From: Selaginella moellendorffii
Lineage: Eukaryota > Plantae > Lycopodiophyta
DNA: 64,000 nucleotides
Assembly: GCF_000143415.4 (NCBI RefSeq)
Contig: NW_003314305.1
Location: 900,827 to 964,826, forward strand
Direction: 5' to 3'
Shown: positions 24,767-36,689 of the stretch, one piece after another
Layout: the number at the start of each line of letters is the position of its first letter
How positions within the stretch are numbered: position 1 is the stretch's first letter
Notes under the pieces: model-generated
Seen by the model: only the letters and a program-made list of their open reading frames with translations
Told to the model about the DNA's origin: nothing
Database searches by the model: none
Translations under genes and position numbers: made by a program

Positions 24767-25647
24767 CCCTTCCGGTGACACCAATCAGTGCCACGCTTTT
24801 CCTATTTTCGACCATTCTCCCGCAAGTCATTTTCCTATTTTCCACCATTCTTTTGCAAGTCATTTTCCTTGTGAGGTGCTAGATCAAATCGTTGGATGAG
24901 CCAATCGCCTTATCCCAAGACTCCACAAGCCAGTGATCCATAAGAGATTGGCTGATACGGCAAGAAATCTATAGAGCTTCTTTTATCAGAGAAGAAGTTT
25001 CTTCTCGCCATGGATCCAGAGATCCGATCCAAACTGACCACTCCAATCCATTTTCTAAGCTTTTCTAAGAGTTTACCAAAGTAGTGGCTATGGTGGTCCA
25101 ATCTACTCCTTTGGTATTCTAGTAAAATAGAACTTGGCCTCTTCCGAAATCCTCGGATTTTCTTGTGGCACAAAACAAAATCCATTTTCTAAGCTTTTCT
25201 AAGAGTTTACCAAAGTACTGGCTATGGTGGTCCAATCTACTCCTTTGGTATTCTAGTCGAATAGAACTTGGCCTCTTCCGAAATCCTCGGATTTTACACA
25301 AAAACAAAAGGAAACGTTAAGAAAACGTTAAAAATGTTACGTCGCCGCGAAGGAGATTCCAACAGCGACGCGAGTGACTCTCGATCGACTAGATTCTTTC
25401 TTCGAGTCCATTCATACCTGCGAGGCGAAAGATTTAAAAACCCCGGACACTTGCAAAGGATCACAATGTGACTGATTGATGCTATTGACGGTTTGAGAAT
25501 AGACGCGTTCCAAATAATGTAAGGTTTCAAGGAGTAAAATCGACTATTGGGCCCCTAGATCATCCACTTTTGCCACCTACATTAGAGCTATGGTACTTTT
25601 TAAAAAGTTGGTAGGGCAAATAGTATTTTTTGACTTTAAGATGAAGG
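24767..25647. repeat. ~880-bp dispersed element, copy 2, immediately 3' of tRNA-Ala
   Basis: Direct repeat of 15197-16044. Ends are CCCTTC... and ...GAAGG. Confidence 0.9.
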
Positions 25648-26120
25648 TTTAACCGACAAAGCGATTGAAACCGTGGGATGTGGGCCGATCCAACGGCATG
25701 CGAGCGCGTAACGCGCGGTACCGCGGGCGGGTGACGCGTGGCGCGTGTCGGGGAAGAGAGTGCGCCACCTGCCTGGTTGCGAATATTATCTAGATTCCCA
25801 GGAGGAGGGGGAAAAGAGAAAGCGCCCCATTGTCTTTATATATTTAGGGCTCTTGAGAGCGAGAAGCGCGGCATTCATAGCGCCCTTTTGGTGATTCTTT
25901 CTAGTTTCTCGCACGAGTAGTTTGTATAGCGGCGCCAGGGTCTCGGAGGAATGCGGCATGCTCAGGCATCGATTTTCATCGATTCTCTCGTGGTTTGAGC
26001 AGCAATAGCATGATCTTGACTGGGAATGATAGGTAGGAGGAGGAATCGGCAGCGCGGCAGGCAAAATATCTGATCCAGGGATCAAGAACATCAAGGAAGG
26101 GGGAAAGGAAATTCAAGGCG

Positions 26121-27998
26121 ATGGCGTCGTCGACACTGCGATTGGCATCGCTGCTGCTCTTCCTCTTCTACTTCTGGTACCCCCAGCTCGGCATCGGCTC
26201 GAAATTCGCGCACTCGCCGCCCCGCCGGAGGCATTTGCTCCAAGAATCTGCCAGCAATCCGGAAATATTTCCAGGGAATCACTCCTCGCTGCTGTTTGCG
26301 CGCTCCAAATTCTCGGTGGGGAAGCACGACGAGGATCGAGCGCCGTGCGAGGGCGCCGCCAAGCACAAGGGTTTTTCCAGCCCTTGCTCCTACGCGATGG
26401 CACACGAGGACTGCCAATCCGGCGGCCTCTTCGAGTACATCCAGATCTACTACTGCATCGACGCCGATAATCCACACCCCCGGCTCAAGAACATCCTCTC
26501 CTTCCTCGCGATCTCCCTGTGGCTCGTCGCCCTCTTCTACATGCTGGGCAATACCGCCGCGGACTACTTTTGCTCGTGCCTGGAGCGACTGTCGCAGCTC
26601 TTGCGACTGCCGCCCACTGTCGCGGGGGTGACGTTACTGCCACTGGGCAACGGTGCCGCTGACGTGTTCGCCAGCGTGGCGTCCTTCTCGGGCTCGCACC
26701 GTGGCGGCGCCGTGGGCATGAACTCGGTGCTGGGCGGGGCAGTGTTCGTGGTCACGGTGGTCACAGGCGTTGTGAACATCCTGGTAGCCAGCGGCGATTT
26801 CGCGATCGATGGGCGATGCTTTGTTCGCGACGCGGTGTTCTTCCTGGCGAGCCTGGGCTACTTGATGATCGTGCTGTGGAAAGGCAGCGTGAGCGTGTGG
26901 GAGTCGCTGGGCTACCTGGGGATCTACGTGATCTACGCGCTGGTGGTGGCGGTGTGGGAGGTCTGGAGGGCCAGATGGGAATCGCGGAGAGGAGATGAAG
27001 AATGCGCGGGGGAGTATGCCCGGCTGGAAGGATCCAAGGGGGCCTCGAGCATTGAGAGGGTGATCACGGTGCCGCCGTGGCTGTGGGCGAACCAGGTGGC
27101 GATCTACTCGCAGGAGCAGCAGAGGATCGAGGAGGAGGAGGCAGAGGCAGTGCGGTCGAGCAGCGAAGAAGAGAAGAAGATGACGCGATCCAAGAGCTTG
27201 CTCAAGCTGGGGCGGAAGGCCTCCCAGGTGCTGATCGAGTGGCCGCTCCATCTCCCTCGCCGGCTCACAATCCCAGTGGTGGACGAATCGCGATGGTCGC
27301 GACCTCGCGCGGTGGTGGCCGCCACGCTCGCGCCAATCCTCCTGGTAGCGGTGTGGAGCGCCCAGAATGGGATGCCTATCACTGGCGATTGCCCGTGGCT
27401 GGCGGCGGGGATGCTGGTGGGGATCGTCCTGGGCGTCACCGCCTACTTTACCACGGTGGACGAGCGTCCGCCGCAGGGTCACGGCACAGCGGCGCTGGTA
27501 TGGATCGCCGCGGGCTTCTTCATGAGCATGGTGTGGTTTTACGTCATCGCGCGGGAGCTCGTCGCCGCGCTGGTCAGCCTCGCGGCGCTACTGGGTATCG
27601 ACGCGGCGATCCTGGGTGTAACCGTGCTGGCGTGGGGCAACTCCATGGGCGACCTGGTTGCCAACTCAGCGCTGGCGTCCCGCGGTGGTAGCGCCGGCGT
27701 CCAGATCGCGATCGCGGGGTGCTACGCCAGCCCCATGTTTAACACGCTGTTTGGGCTGGGCGTATCGTTTCTCATCGTGGCCGTCCGATCGCACGGCGCG
27801 GTGTACGTCATCCCCGGTACGGAGATGGCCATGCTCACATTGGTGTTCCTCGCGGTGGCCATTTTGATGGCCATTGTGGGCATGACCGTACATAGGATGC
27901 GGCCCAGCAAGACGCTGGGCGTGGGGCTCATCGTCTTGTACGGAGCATTTATGGTGGTGAGAGCCTGCAAGTCGTTTGGTATCACACTAGTATGGTAA
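26121..27998 (+). CDS. CCX: Cation/calcium exchanger (CCX family), intronless
   Basis: 625-aa ORF with alpha-1 AGVTLLPLGNGAADVF, alpha-2 LGVTVLAWGNSMGDL, and LGNTAADYFC, PRRLTIP. Confidence 0.93.
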   Translation: MASSTLRLASLLLFLFYFWYPQLGIGSKFAHSPPRRRHLLQESASNPEIFPGNHSSLLFARSKFSVGKHDEDRAPCEGAAKHKGFSSPCSYAMAHEDCQSGGLFEYIQIYYCIDADNPHPRLKNILSFLAISLWLVALFYMLGNTAADYFCSCLERLSQLLRLPPTVAGVTLLPLGNGAADVFASVASFSGSHRGGAVGMNSVLGGAVFVVTVVTGVVNILVASGDFAIDGRCFVRDAVFFLASLGYLMIVLWKGSVSVWESLGYLGIYVIYALVVAVWEVWRARWESRRGDEECAGEYARLEGSKGASSIERVITVPPWLWANQVAIYSQEQQRIEEEEAEAVRSSSEEEKKMTRSKSLLKLGRKASQVLIEWPLHLPRRLTIPVVDESRWSRPRAVVAATLAPILLVAVWSAQNGMPITGDCPWLAAGMLVGIVLGVTAYFTTVDERPPQGHGTAALVWIAAGFFMSMVWFYVIARELVAALVSLAALLGIDAAILGVTVLAWGNSMGDLVANSALASRGGSAGVQIAIAGCYASPMFNTLFGLGVSFLIVAVRSHGAVYVIPGTEMAMLTLVFLAVAILMAIVGMTVHRMRPSKTLGVGLIVLYGAFMVVRACKSFGITLVW

Positions 27999-28105
27999 AA
28001 AAGAAAAGAGTATAGAGTTTAATCTAAATAGCGATCAAAGATCTTGACACACTGGCGATTACTTACTGTACATCTTTTTCTACTAACTTATGAAAAAGGA
28101 GATTT

Positions 28106-28853
28106 TTACTTTGCTGCAACTCTCTTGGCTCGCTTTGCCGGTGTCACGACCTTCTTTGGCTTGGATGGAGTAGTGATCTTCTTCGTGACCGCGGGCCTGG
28201 AAGATCTCCCGGTGGCTCTAGTGGCTCTAGTATCTTTCACGTCCCGTGACTTTGGAGCTGGAGCTCTCGGCTTTGGAGCTCGTGAGGAAGGCTTGATCAC
28301 CTTTACCTTCTTTGCTGGAGATGAAGATGATGCTTTGGGGACCTTGACGACCACTCTGGCTGGCGCTGGCTTGCGAGACGAGGATTTGGAGGACGCGGAC
28401 GATGGGAGCTTGAAGGAGTTCTTCACCTTAGTGATCTTACCGCTGTTGCTGAGTGATTTGAGCTGGATGGAGAGCATCCTCTTGAAAGAAGTGGGCAGCC
28501 CCGAGCTATACTTCTCCACCAGGTACTTGGCGATGGCGTGCTGGCTCGAGCCAGTGCGTTCCTTAAGAAAAGAAATCGCTTCCATGACCATCTAAAGTAG
28601 AGACCAAGAACAAATACACACTCGATCAATCAAGCTATAGAAACAAAGAAGAGATTTTTACCTCGACATAAGGCGGGTGATGGATGCTGGTGTTCTTCGA
28701 CGACTTGGGCTTTGGATCCTTCTTCACTGGCGCCACGATTTTCTGCTCATCCGGCTTCGCTTGATCCTTGGCGGAAGCTTGCTTCGCTCGCGATGGCTTC
28801 CTGTTGGGCTTTGCTGTAGTAGCCTCACCCACGGCTTCCACTGCCACTGCCAT
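28106..28853 (-). CDS. H1: Linker histone H1, two exons (28662-28853, 28106-28591)
   Basis: GH1 domain HPPYVE|MVMEAISFLKERTGSSQHAIAKY...KITKVKNSFKL followed by a K/A/P-rich tail. Confidence 0.93.
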
Positions 28854-28993
28854 ATCGATCGATCACACCACTCTCTGGAAAGAAAGAAGAGGAATTTCTG
28901 CTCGATCACACAACCCAGCTGAGAAATCCGCGGCGATTGCCACCCGTACTGCTAGCTAGGGTCTGGGGAACGAGGATAAGGAACAGGGGATTT

Positions 28994-29074
28994 CTTATAG
29001 CGAAGCTCCGCAAGCTCCCATTGGCCTGTGCTTGTTGGCGCGGATCGATCCCATTCAACCAGAGCCGTTGGATC
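28994..29074 (-). promoter_or_regulatory. Histone promoter: TATA, CCAAT, octamer and nonamer-like elements
   Basis: Octamer CGCGGATC at 29039-29046, GATCCAACG (nonamer-like) on minus at 29066-29074, CCAAT on minus at ~29020, TATAAG on minus at 28994-28999. Confidence 0.65.
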
Positions 29075-29269
29075 GAAAAGCATCAACGGGCAGCGCCACG
29101 AATACCATGATTTAAATCCAAGCATTAAGCTGGCAGGATTACTTGGACGCAACAGCTTAACCTTCGCAGAAGCAAAGCCAAAGAATAAAACTCCACTCTT
29201 TTACCGTTGAAAGTGCTGACCATAGAAAAGTCAACCATGTCTGACTAGCTCGAGTTCTTTGATCCACAC

Positions 29270-32200
29270 TCATTTTTCCGTGAATTCGATGAGCTGAGCG
29301 ACGACGCCAGGATCGGCCAAGGTGCTGATGTCTCCCAGATCATCCAGCTGCTTGGAGGCGATCTTGCGGAGAATTCTTCGCATGATCTTGCCGCTCCTCG
29401 TCTTTGGCAGGCCGGGGGCCCAGTGGATCGCGTCTGGAGCAGCGAAAGCTCCAATCTGCGGTGTACACACATTACGATTACCCGAGAAAACTTTCGCCAC
29501 AACACCTCCTCTTACCTGGCATCGCACAGTTGATATCAAGCTCGACTTTAAATCTGCCGTGTACTCGACTCCTTCGTTGAGTGTCACGAAGGCATAGATT
29601 CCCTGACCCTTGACCTGCGAGGAGTTTCAAGATGAGATTGATACTTCAAAATGAGCTCTTGTTTTACCTCGTGATCGATGCCAACCACGGCAGCCTCGGC
29701 TGCCAGAGGATGCGCGACAAGAGCCGACTCTACTTCAGCAGTGCCAATGCGGTGTCCACTGCACAGCCCCACAACTCCAGTTACTTGAGCTGCAACAAAA
29801 CAAATCCAGAGAAACAGACAAAACGTTACCTCACGTTGATAACGTCGTCCACACGGCCTGTCAACCAGTAGTAGCCATCTTTATCCCTGAATGGAATAGA
29901 GAGAAATAGTCAGAAAGAGCAAACGACCGAAGTTTGAAAGCAATAGACCTGCGACAGCCGTCGCCGCTGAAGTAGAATCCTTTGAAAGGAGCGAAATAGG
30001 TAGTTTCGTATCGCGCGTGATCACCGTAAAGACTTCGAAATATGCCCGGCCAAGAGGCTTTCATGCACAGGAATCCCGTGCATTCTCCGTCGAGTTCCTT
30101 GCCATTCTCGTCCACGACTGCTGGCTGCCACGACAAAAAACGCAACCGTATCAAGGAACGCAGATACCGGAAAGAGATGAATACCTGTACACCGAAGAAA
30201 GGTAGCGTGGCTGAGCCCGGCTTCAGAGGCCAACAGCCAGGTAAGGGTGTTATCTGGAAGAAAACAAGAGTGAAATGCCTTTTTGGTGTCGACAAGAATA
30301 TGTACCATGAAGCCACCGGTCTCTGTTTGCCACCAGGTGTCTGCAATGGGACAGCGACTATCACCGACAACTTCGAAATACCACCTGGAAAGCACCATCT
30401 TTAAATAACGCAGCATGCTCAAAGGTGGGAGCCCATACCTCCACGCGCTTGGATTGATCGGTTCACCGACGCTTCCTAAAACGCGCAAGGACTTTCGCGA
30501 ATGCCGTTTCACTGGCTGGAAACAAGAAAATTCTTCAACGATTCACAGAATAAGGTAATCAATACCTCATCTCCTGATCTCATCAATGCTCGAATCGCTG
30601 TCGGGGCCGTGTAGAAAATGGTAACGTGGTATTTGTCCACAATCTCCCAACACCGACCAGCGTCGGGGTAATTTGGAACCTACACAAAGAGCCAAGTGAG
30701 TTCACGAGACAACCGGGCAAATACGAATGCTGACCCCCTCAAAGATCAAGACAGTCGCTTTGTTCAATAAAGGGCCATAAGTGACGTAGCTGTGACCAGT
30801 GATCCATCCGCAATCTGCAGTACACCTGACATGGCATTACCTTGACTCGTGAAACAGTAACAAAAAATAAAACATTGTTGAAAAGTATACTTACCAGTAG
30901 ACATCTCCGTCATGGTAATCGAAGGCATGCTTGAACGTTGTGGCAGTATAGACCATATAGCCACCAGTTGTGTGTAGCACTCCCTGAGAAAATCAAGCAT
31001 TCAGTTTTCGAGTATCTCATGAGAAAACCACCTTTGGTTTCCCAGTGCTGCCACTGGTGTACAGCAAAAACAAAGGATCCTCCGCGTCTACCCATTCCAC
31101 TGGACAATCAGTGGGATAATTTGGAACGACATCCTAGAAACGTGAAGCAAAGAGCCCGATAAAAAAAAGAGAGACCAGAGAGATCAAATACCTGCCACCA
31201 CACATCCCTTTTCTCTTTCCAGGGAGTGTCTTCTCTCTTGATCGCTAATTTATTATCATATGTCAAACAGTAATCTGCACAAAATCGCCAGTATGTTATC
31301 CACAAGCAGACGAAAATCGAGCATAATCAGTTTCTAGTACCTACAGAATGGCCACCCTCCTGTACACATCGATTTAAAGCATCATCTACAATTTCCTTAA
31401 GTTTGATAAGCTTTGGGCCCCGTTTTACACCACTGGTCGTGAGCAGAACCTTTGGCTTGCAATCCAGAATTCGTTGGGCAAGCGATTCAGCAGAGAAACC
31501 AGCGAACACGACCTGCAAGAACGAGCATTATATAACACACAAAGAAGGAAGAACGTACCGAATGAACAGCGCCAATGCGAGCACAGGCAAGCATTGCTAT
31601 AGGCAACTCGAGGAGCATTGGCATATAGATTGCTACAGTGTCTCCTTTCTTGATTCCCACAGCGAGCAAATAGTTTGAGAGCTGATCACTACAAAGCTTT
31701 AGAACAAATGCTGCGCGAGAAAAGCGATAAACGACGTACCTGACAAACGCGATCGAGAAGCTCTTTGTACGTTAGCTTCATATCAAATCCTGGATCATTT
31801 CCTTCCCACAGGAGAGCAACGTCGTCACCCCTGCCCGCCTCTACATGCCGATCCACAGCATTGTAGCAAATGTTGGTACACCCTCCTTTAAACCACTGAG
31901 AGAGAAGTTCTACCAAGAGCATGGCAAGTTTACTCCACTTTGAAAGCATACCTCCACACGAATTTCTCCCTTGCGAACGTCCAAATTCTCGGTATGAGCT
32001 TTGCTCTCTTCCCACTTGGATTTCCAGAAGAACTGCGACGCGGTGTGCGACCAGAATCCATCGGGATCATCCACGGAATTTTTGTACAGTGCTGCGTACT
32101 ACAAGTACGGCTATGAGAGGGGAAAATTCGAGAGATAGCGATGGATCATACCTGTTCTCTGGACGACAATAGAGCGGATTTTTTGAAAGTTTCCGACGCA

Positions 32201-32460
32201 TCAAACAGCTCCTCGGCATCATCCGCGACGACACACTCGGCCTCCATTGCGTCGATCTTCCCGGAGGCGCCATTGCTGGCCTTGACAGCGGCGGCGGCCT
32301 GTCGTCCCATGCCGGTGGAGGCGATCGACGCAGCGCCGGGCAAGAATCGCCGCTGGCCGGATCCAAAATTCGCAAAACCTAGCGCTGGAGCTCCACAGCG
32401 AGAATAAAACCCTAGATCTTGACACACCAGTGGCAGTTGAATTTGGAGCTCTCTCACCAT
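29270..32460 (-). CDS. ACS: Acetyl-CoA synthetase, probably plastid-targeted, many exons
   Basis: Motifs [77 protein letters not shown]. Confidence 0.95.
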
Positions 32461-32583
32461 CGCTGCTAATGCCCGAAAATATTTCCAGATGCGCAGTATA
32501 TTCTAGTCGTCGGATAAAGTCAAACGAATCGAGGCCGTTGCGGGAGCCATTTAATCTGGACCGTTGGAATTCGATTGATTGAA

Positions 32584-35116
32584 TCAAGACCGTCCATTTT
32601 CTAGACTTTGGCGGTCTTTACTCGCGACGAATGCTACTCTGCATCTTTGATAATCCATGACGAGGACAAACGAACGAAGAAGCTGCTCGCAAAGAATTCC
32701 TCCAGTGTAGGCCGAGAAGCTCACCATTCCCCCCTCGCCTTTGAAAAATAGAGCTTTGATGTTCTTAAAGACATGATCGCCCAGCTCGAAGCTAGGCAGT
32801 GTTCCATACAAGGCCTAGAAGAAGAAAAAGAGAAACCAAAATGAAAGATGGATCCAAAGTTTGGAGTGAATTGGAGGAGTACCTGGATACCACTGCTCGC
32901 ATTTACTCCCTTGACTTTGGCTTCCAGGAAGGAATTGGAGTTTCCTTCTAGCAGCTTATACTTCTCGACGGTGCTGTTGGGGAAGATCACGTCTACGCCT
33001 CCAGCTCCTGTGTCAAGTAGAAACAATGTCTCGTGGCCGTTAAATTTCGCTGGAACATGAGGGACATTCTCTAGCATGCGCATCCTCTGCACAGAAAAAA
33101 ATAATGGATTTATTTCCCATCGAGGAGGAAAATGGACGGACTTACCACAAAGCTTTGGTTCTTAGGAAACTGATAGGTGGCTGCGTTGAAAAGTGATAAC
33201 GTCTTTTGGGTCATGGACATCTACAAAAGAAATCGAACAATGTAGCCTTGAAACATTTTTAGAGCCTCGTCTTTACCTCTACTACGCAATGATAAAACAA
33301 GTCGAAGCCGCAAATTCCTGCTACCGGTTGCACTCCTCTTACGACACCATCCATTGCTACCTGCAGATAAGTTTATGTGAGACTGGAGAACGACAGGTTT
33401 TTCCTACTTCGATGTATAGCGGGTTGGTGATTTTTAGTCGTCCAAGCTGAAATTCTCGGCCACGAACAAACTTACTCTTCACCTGATGGCAAGTATTACT
33501 ATTTTGCATTCTTGGCATGATAGTTTACCTGAGTCTCTACACCCGTTACGTATATCTCCCCGAATTCCGCCATTGAAAATCTGTCTCCCTGGACAAGAAT
33601 TTCAAGTTAAAAAAGAACAATCTGGAGCCATTTTGTTTGTACCACGCCAGGAGCGAGAGAAAGACCACTGGCGCCGGTATCGACCACAAAATATCTGTAA
33701 CATAACATGAGACCTCATAACACAAAAAAAAAAAAAAAGAAGAGAAGAGTCTGTGACTTTACCCAATGTCCTGACCGTCAATCAAAGGCTTTACTACGTA
33801 GTGTCCGCTAACGGTTTGAATCATCTGTCACACCAAAGTTATAATGGAAGCTCTTACACAAGAAAGACACATACATACCTTCACAGTTGAAGAAATGTCT
33901 TCGTCAAATTCAACCACGGGCCTTCGTTTGTTATGCCTTGCTATCTGGGGTGTGGATGGAACCGTAAACAAGCTTTGAGAAATTCTGGCAGCTTCAGCAC
34001 GACTTGCAATAGTAGTGTCTTTTCCACCAGCTGGTGGATATCGCACAGTCGAGCACGGCATTCGATACCGACGACCAGGCTGCAAAATTGATCTGAAAAC
34101 TTCATTCTCCTAATCAGCTCGTCCTAGAGGATTATGAGTTATAAGTACCAGAATGCATCGCCAATCGGAGTACTCCCACACGTCCTCCCCACCAAAAACT
34201 TGTGTTCTCATTTGAGTTGGAAGCCAAGTGTCTGTATCCACATGAACACGAGCCAGTACCTATCATGTTTCCGAAGAACGGGAGCAAGAACAGGAGAAGA
34301 GCAATTTTGTTTTCAATGAACTAAAGTTGGAGTGGAAAACATACCTTCGAGTCTTTCAAGTGTACTTCGAAAATCTTCTCTGAAGGAGAATCCTTGTCCA
34401 GCTCGATGCTCAGCTTCGTCTGTCCACCGGCTGAAATCCAAAAGCCTGTTCTTAGCCAAGTTGTCAGCAAACTCGTCTGCAAGGTCAGTATGATAAGATT
34501 TTCGATCTTCGGAGAATCTATGAAACCAAACCTCTAGATCGTCCAAATCTAGCGACGTAACTCGTCCGGCATAGTCGGCATGCCATGGCCTGCTAGTGCC
34601 ATCGTATCCTCCATCAACAGTGACTTCCTCGCTATCGAATTTCTCGTAAAACCGGCCATCGGAACTCCACGACAAATTCCACTCTCCAGTAAGACCCATG
34701 AAAGTTTGTTCTCCTACACCATCGAAACTAAAATTCCTCAGCTAGACAATGCAATCCTGCGAGAACTCACCAGTGACAGTAAATTGCTCGTTGCCAGCAA
34801 TGTCATCGATCCCCATCGCCTCGCGCATTTTCTCCAAGCACTGCTCCACGGACAAAACCTGGCGATGCTCGAGCTCCTGGACCTGCATCGAGCACTGGGA
34901 CTGGCACAGCCGCGCGGCATCGCGCCTGCGCCTGCCGGAGAACCCTAAACCCCACAATGGAGCTGCCGCGACCTGGAGAATCAAGCCCTGCTTCCCAATC
35001 GCCCGGTTCACAGGCCCTGCTTGTGAGAATCCATAGCGCTTCAATCGATTTCCGCTGGAAATCACGATGGAGGACGATGGCGCGGCGCAATAAGCTCCGA
35101 CTGCCATTGCCTCCAC
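32584..35116 (-). CDS. Aspartyl protease with two retropepsin-like DTG motifs, bacterial-type architecture, transit-peptide-like N-terminus, multi-exon
   Basis: YFVVDTGASG (~33667-33695), FLLDTGAGG (~33000-33027), GICGFD, GGILCEQLLRSFVLVMDY. Ser/Ala/Arg-rich N-terminus. Confidence 0.75.
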
Positions 35117-35578
35117 AAAAATTCCCTAGAAACGCTACTAATGACCTAGCCGTTGGATGCCAGATCCGACGGACAGCATTGTGCCACGTATTTATATCAT
35201 CGGACACTGCTTAAATACTGCCCGTTAATTAACGCCACTACGTGGAGCTTCTATGACATGTGGCGGCTGGAGATTTGTCGACGTCGGCACTTTTCGCCGA
35301 CGTGGCGATGGTGTGCCAATTTTCTTGGACGGAGTTAGGGCTCTTGGAGAGATGAGCTTGAAGCGATTGGAGGCCGCGGCTAGAGGCATTCAAATCTTTC
35401 CGGGACGCGCTGGCGACTGGATCATGCCCGGATCGTGGATCTTTCCCGCATTGTAGCTCCTAATTGGAGCGATGGATTTGTCCGGGGCGATGGCAGTGGA
35501 TCTCAAGAAGGTAGGCATCGAAATCGCTTCCAATGCCGGATTATCGCCCTGAGGATTGATCTTTTTGCAATCTAGAGC

Positions 35579-36556
35579 ATGTCGCAGGCGTACAGGAGGC
35601 CAGGATCGAAAGAAGAGGGCCAGAATGGGAGCGACGCGGCGGCGCCCAATCCTTACAGCAGTCCAGCCTCGTCGATGACCAGTGCCTCCTCGCTGAGCAA
35701 ATCTGGGAACCAAAGGGCGGAAGCGATCGCCGAGGCTCATCGAGGGAGAGTGGAGGCCGAGGCACAGGCTTATTTGGATGCTACCATGCGCAAGACCGAA
35801 GCTCGAGCTCAGCGTCTACAGGTATGGGAAAAGATTTCCTTGCTCGATCACTTACCTGCGTTCTTTGCTTCTCTTTTCCAGGATAAAGTCGAGAGGCAAA
35901 GAATGTACGAGGAAGCTAAAGCTCTTGAGAGTCACAAAAGGGAGGAGCAGCGAGCGGATCAAGTGGTTCACAATGCGGAGGTAAGCTCCAATTCCTGGTG
36001 TGTAGATATTTCTTTTGTGATCGATTGTTCTCGATCCAGCTAGATAGAAGCAGATACTTCTCTTGTGATCGATTGTTCTTGATCGAGCTAGATAGAAGTA
36101 GATAATTCTCTTGTGATCGGTTGTTCTTGGTCGAGCTAGATAGAAGTAGATAATTCTCTTGTGATCGCTTGTTCTTGATCGAGCTAGATTTTTAATTCCT
36201 GTTCTACGACTATAGACTAACAATTCATCTACAGGTAAAGGCTGATAAGATCCTGGCAAGAGCTCGGCAAGAGTCGCAGAGAATAAAATCCCATGCGAAC
36301 GAGGAAACCGAGAAATCCATAGCCAACGCGCATACAAAAGCCGAAAGGGTACTCTTTTCTTCTTCTCATTCTTTGTTCTAGCACTGACCAAACTTTTTTC
36401 GTTTAGATGAAAGCCGAGATCGAAGAGGCAAAGCGCAGAGAGCTCGCGGACATTGTCGATCGCGTCCAGCAAATGATCGTCATTGGGCAGCTCCCCAGCC
36501 AACACGAGCCCAGCAATCTGGTGAAGAAGGTGAAGCAATTTGCTTGCTACATTTGA
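35579..36556 (+). CDS. Remorin-like coiled-coil protein, four exons
   Basis: Disordered N-terminus, long heptad coiled coil, C-terminus EEAKRRELADIVDRVQQMIVIGQLPS...FACYI* resembling the remorin C-terminal anchor. Confidence 0.6.
36003..36189. repeat. 48-bp intronic minisatellite, ~4 copies
   Basis: Unit tagatagaagtagataattctcttgtgatcgattgttcttgatcgagc. Confidence 0.9.
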
Positions 36557-36689
36557 GAACTTCAACTTAAAGCAGGGAGTCATCACACATTCCCTAGAAA
36601 GAACTTCCACTTTTTTTCTACGAGTTCTTCCGGGATCCGTGGAACGAATGCTCATCGTGAAAACTTTCACGTATTGCTAGAAAGAATGG

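Noticed and set aside
15197-25647. The two ~860-bp repeats as LTRs of one retroelement
   Set aside because: No TG..CA termini, PBS, PPT, shared TSD or gag-pol; the interior holds host genes.
26296-27985. Alternative-frame and antisense ORFs in the CCX gene
   Set aside because: Expected from high GC3 coding sequence.
35852-36670. 272-aa minus-strand ORF with 16-aa repeats
   Set aside because: Antisense to the remorin-like gene; the repeats simply translate the 48-bp intronic minisatellite.
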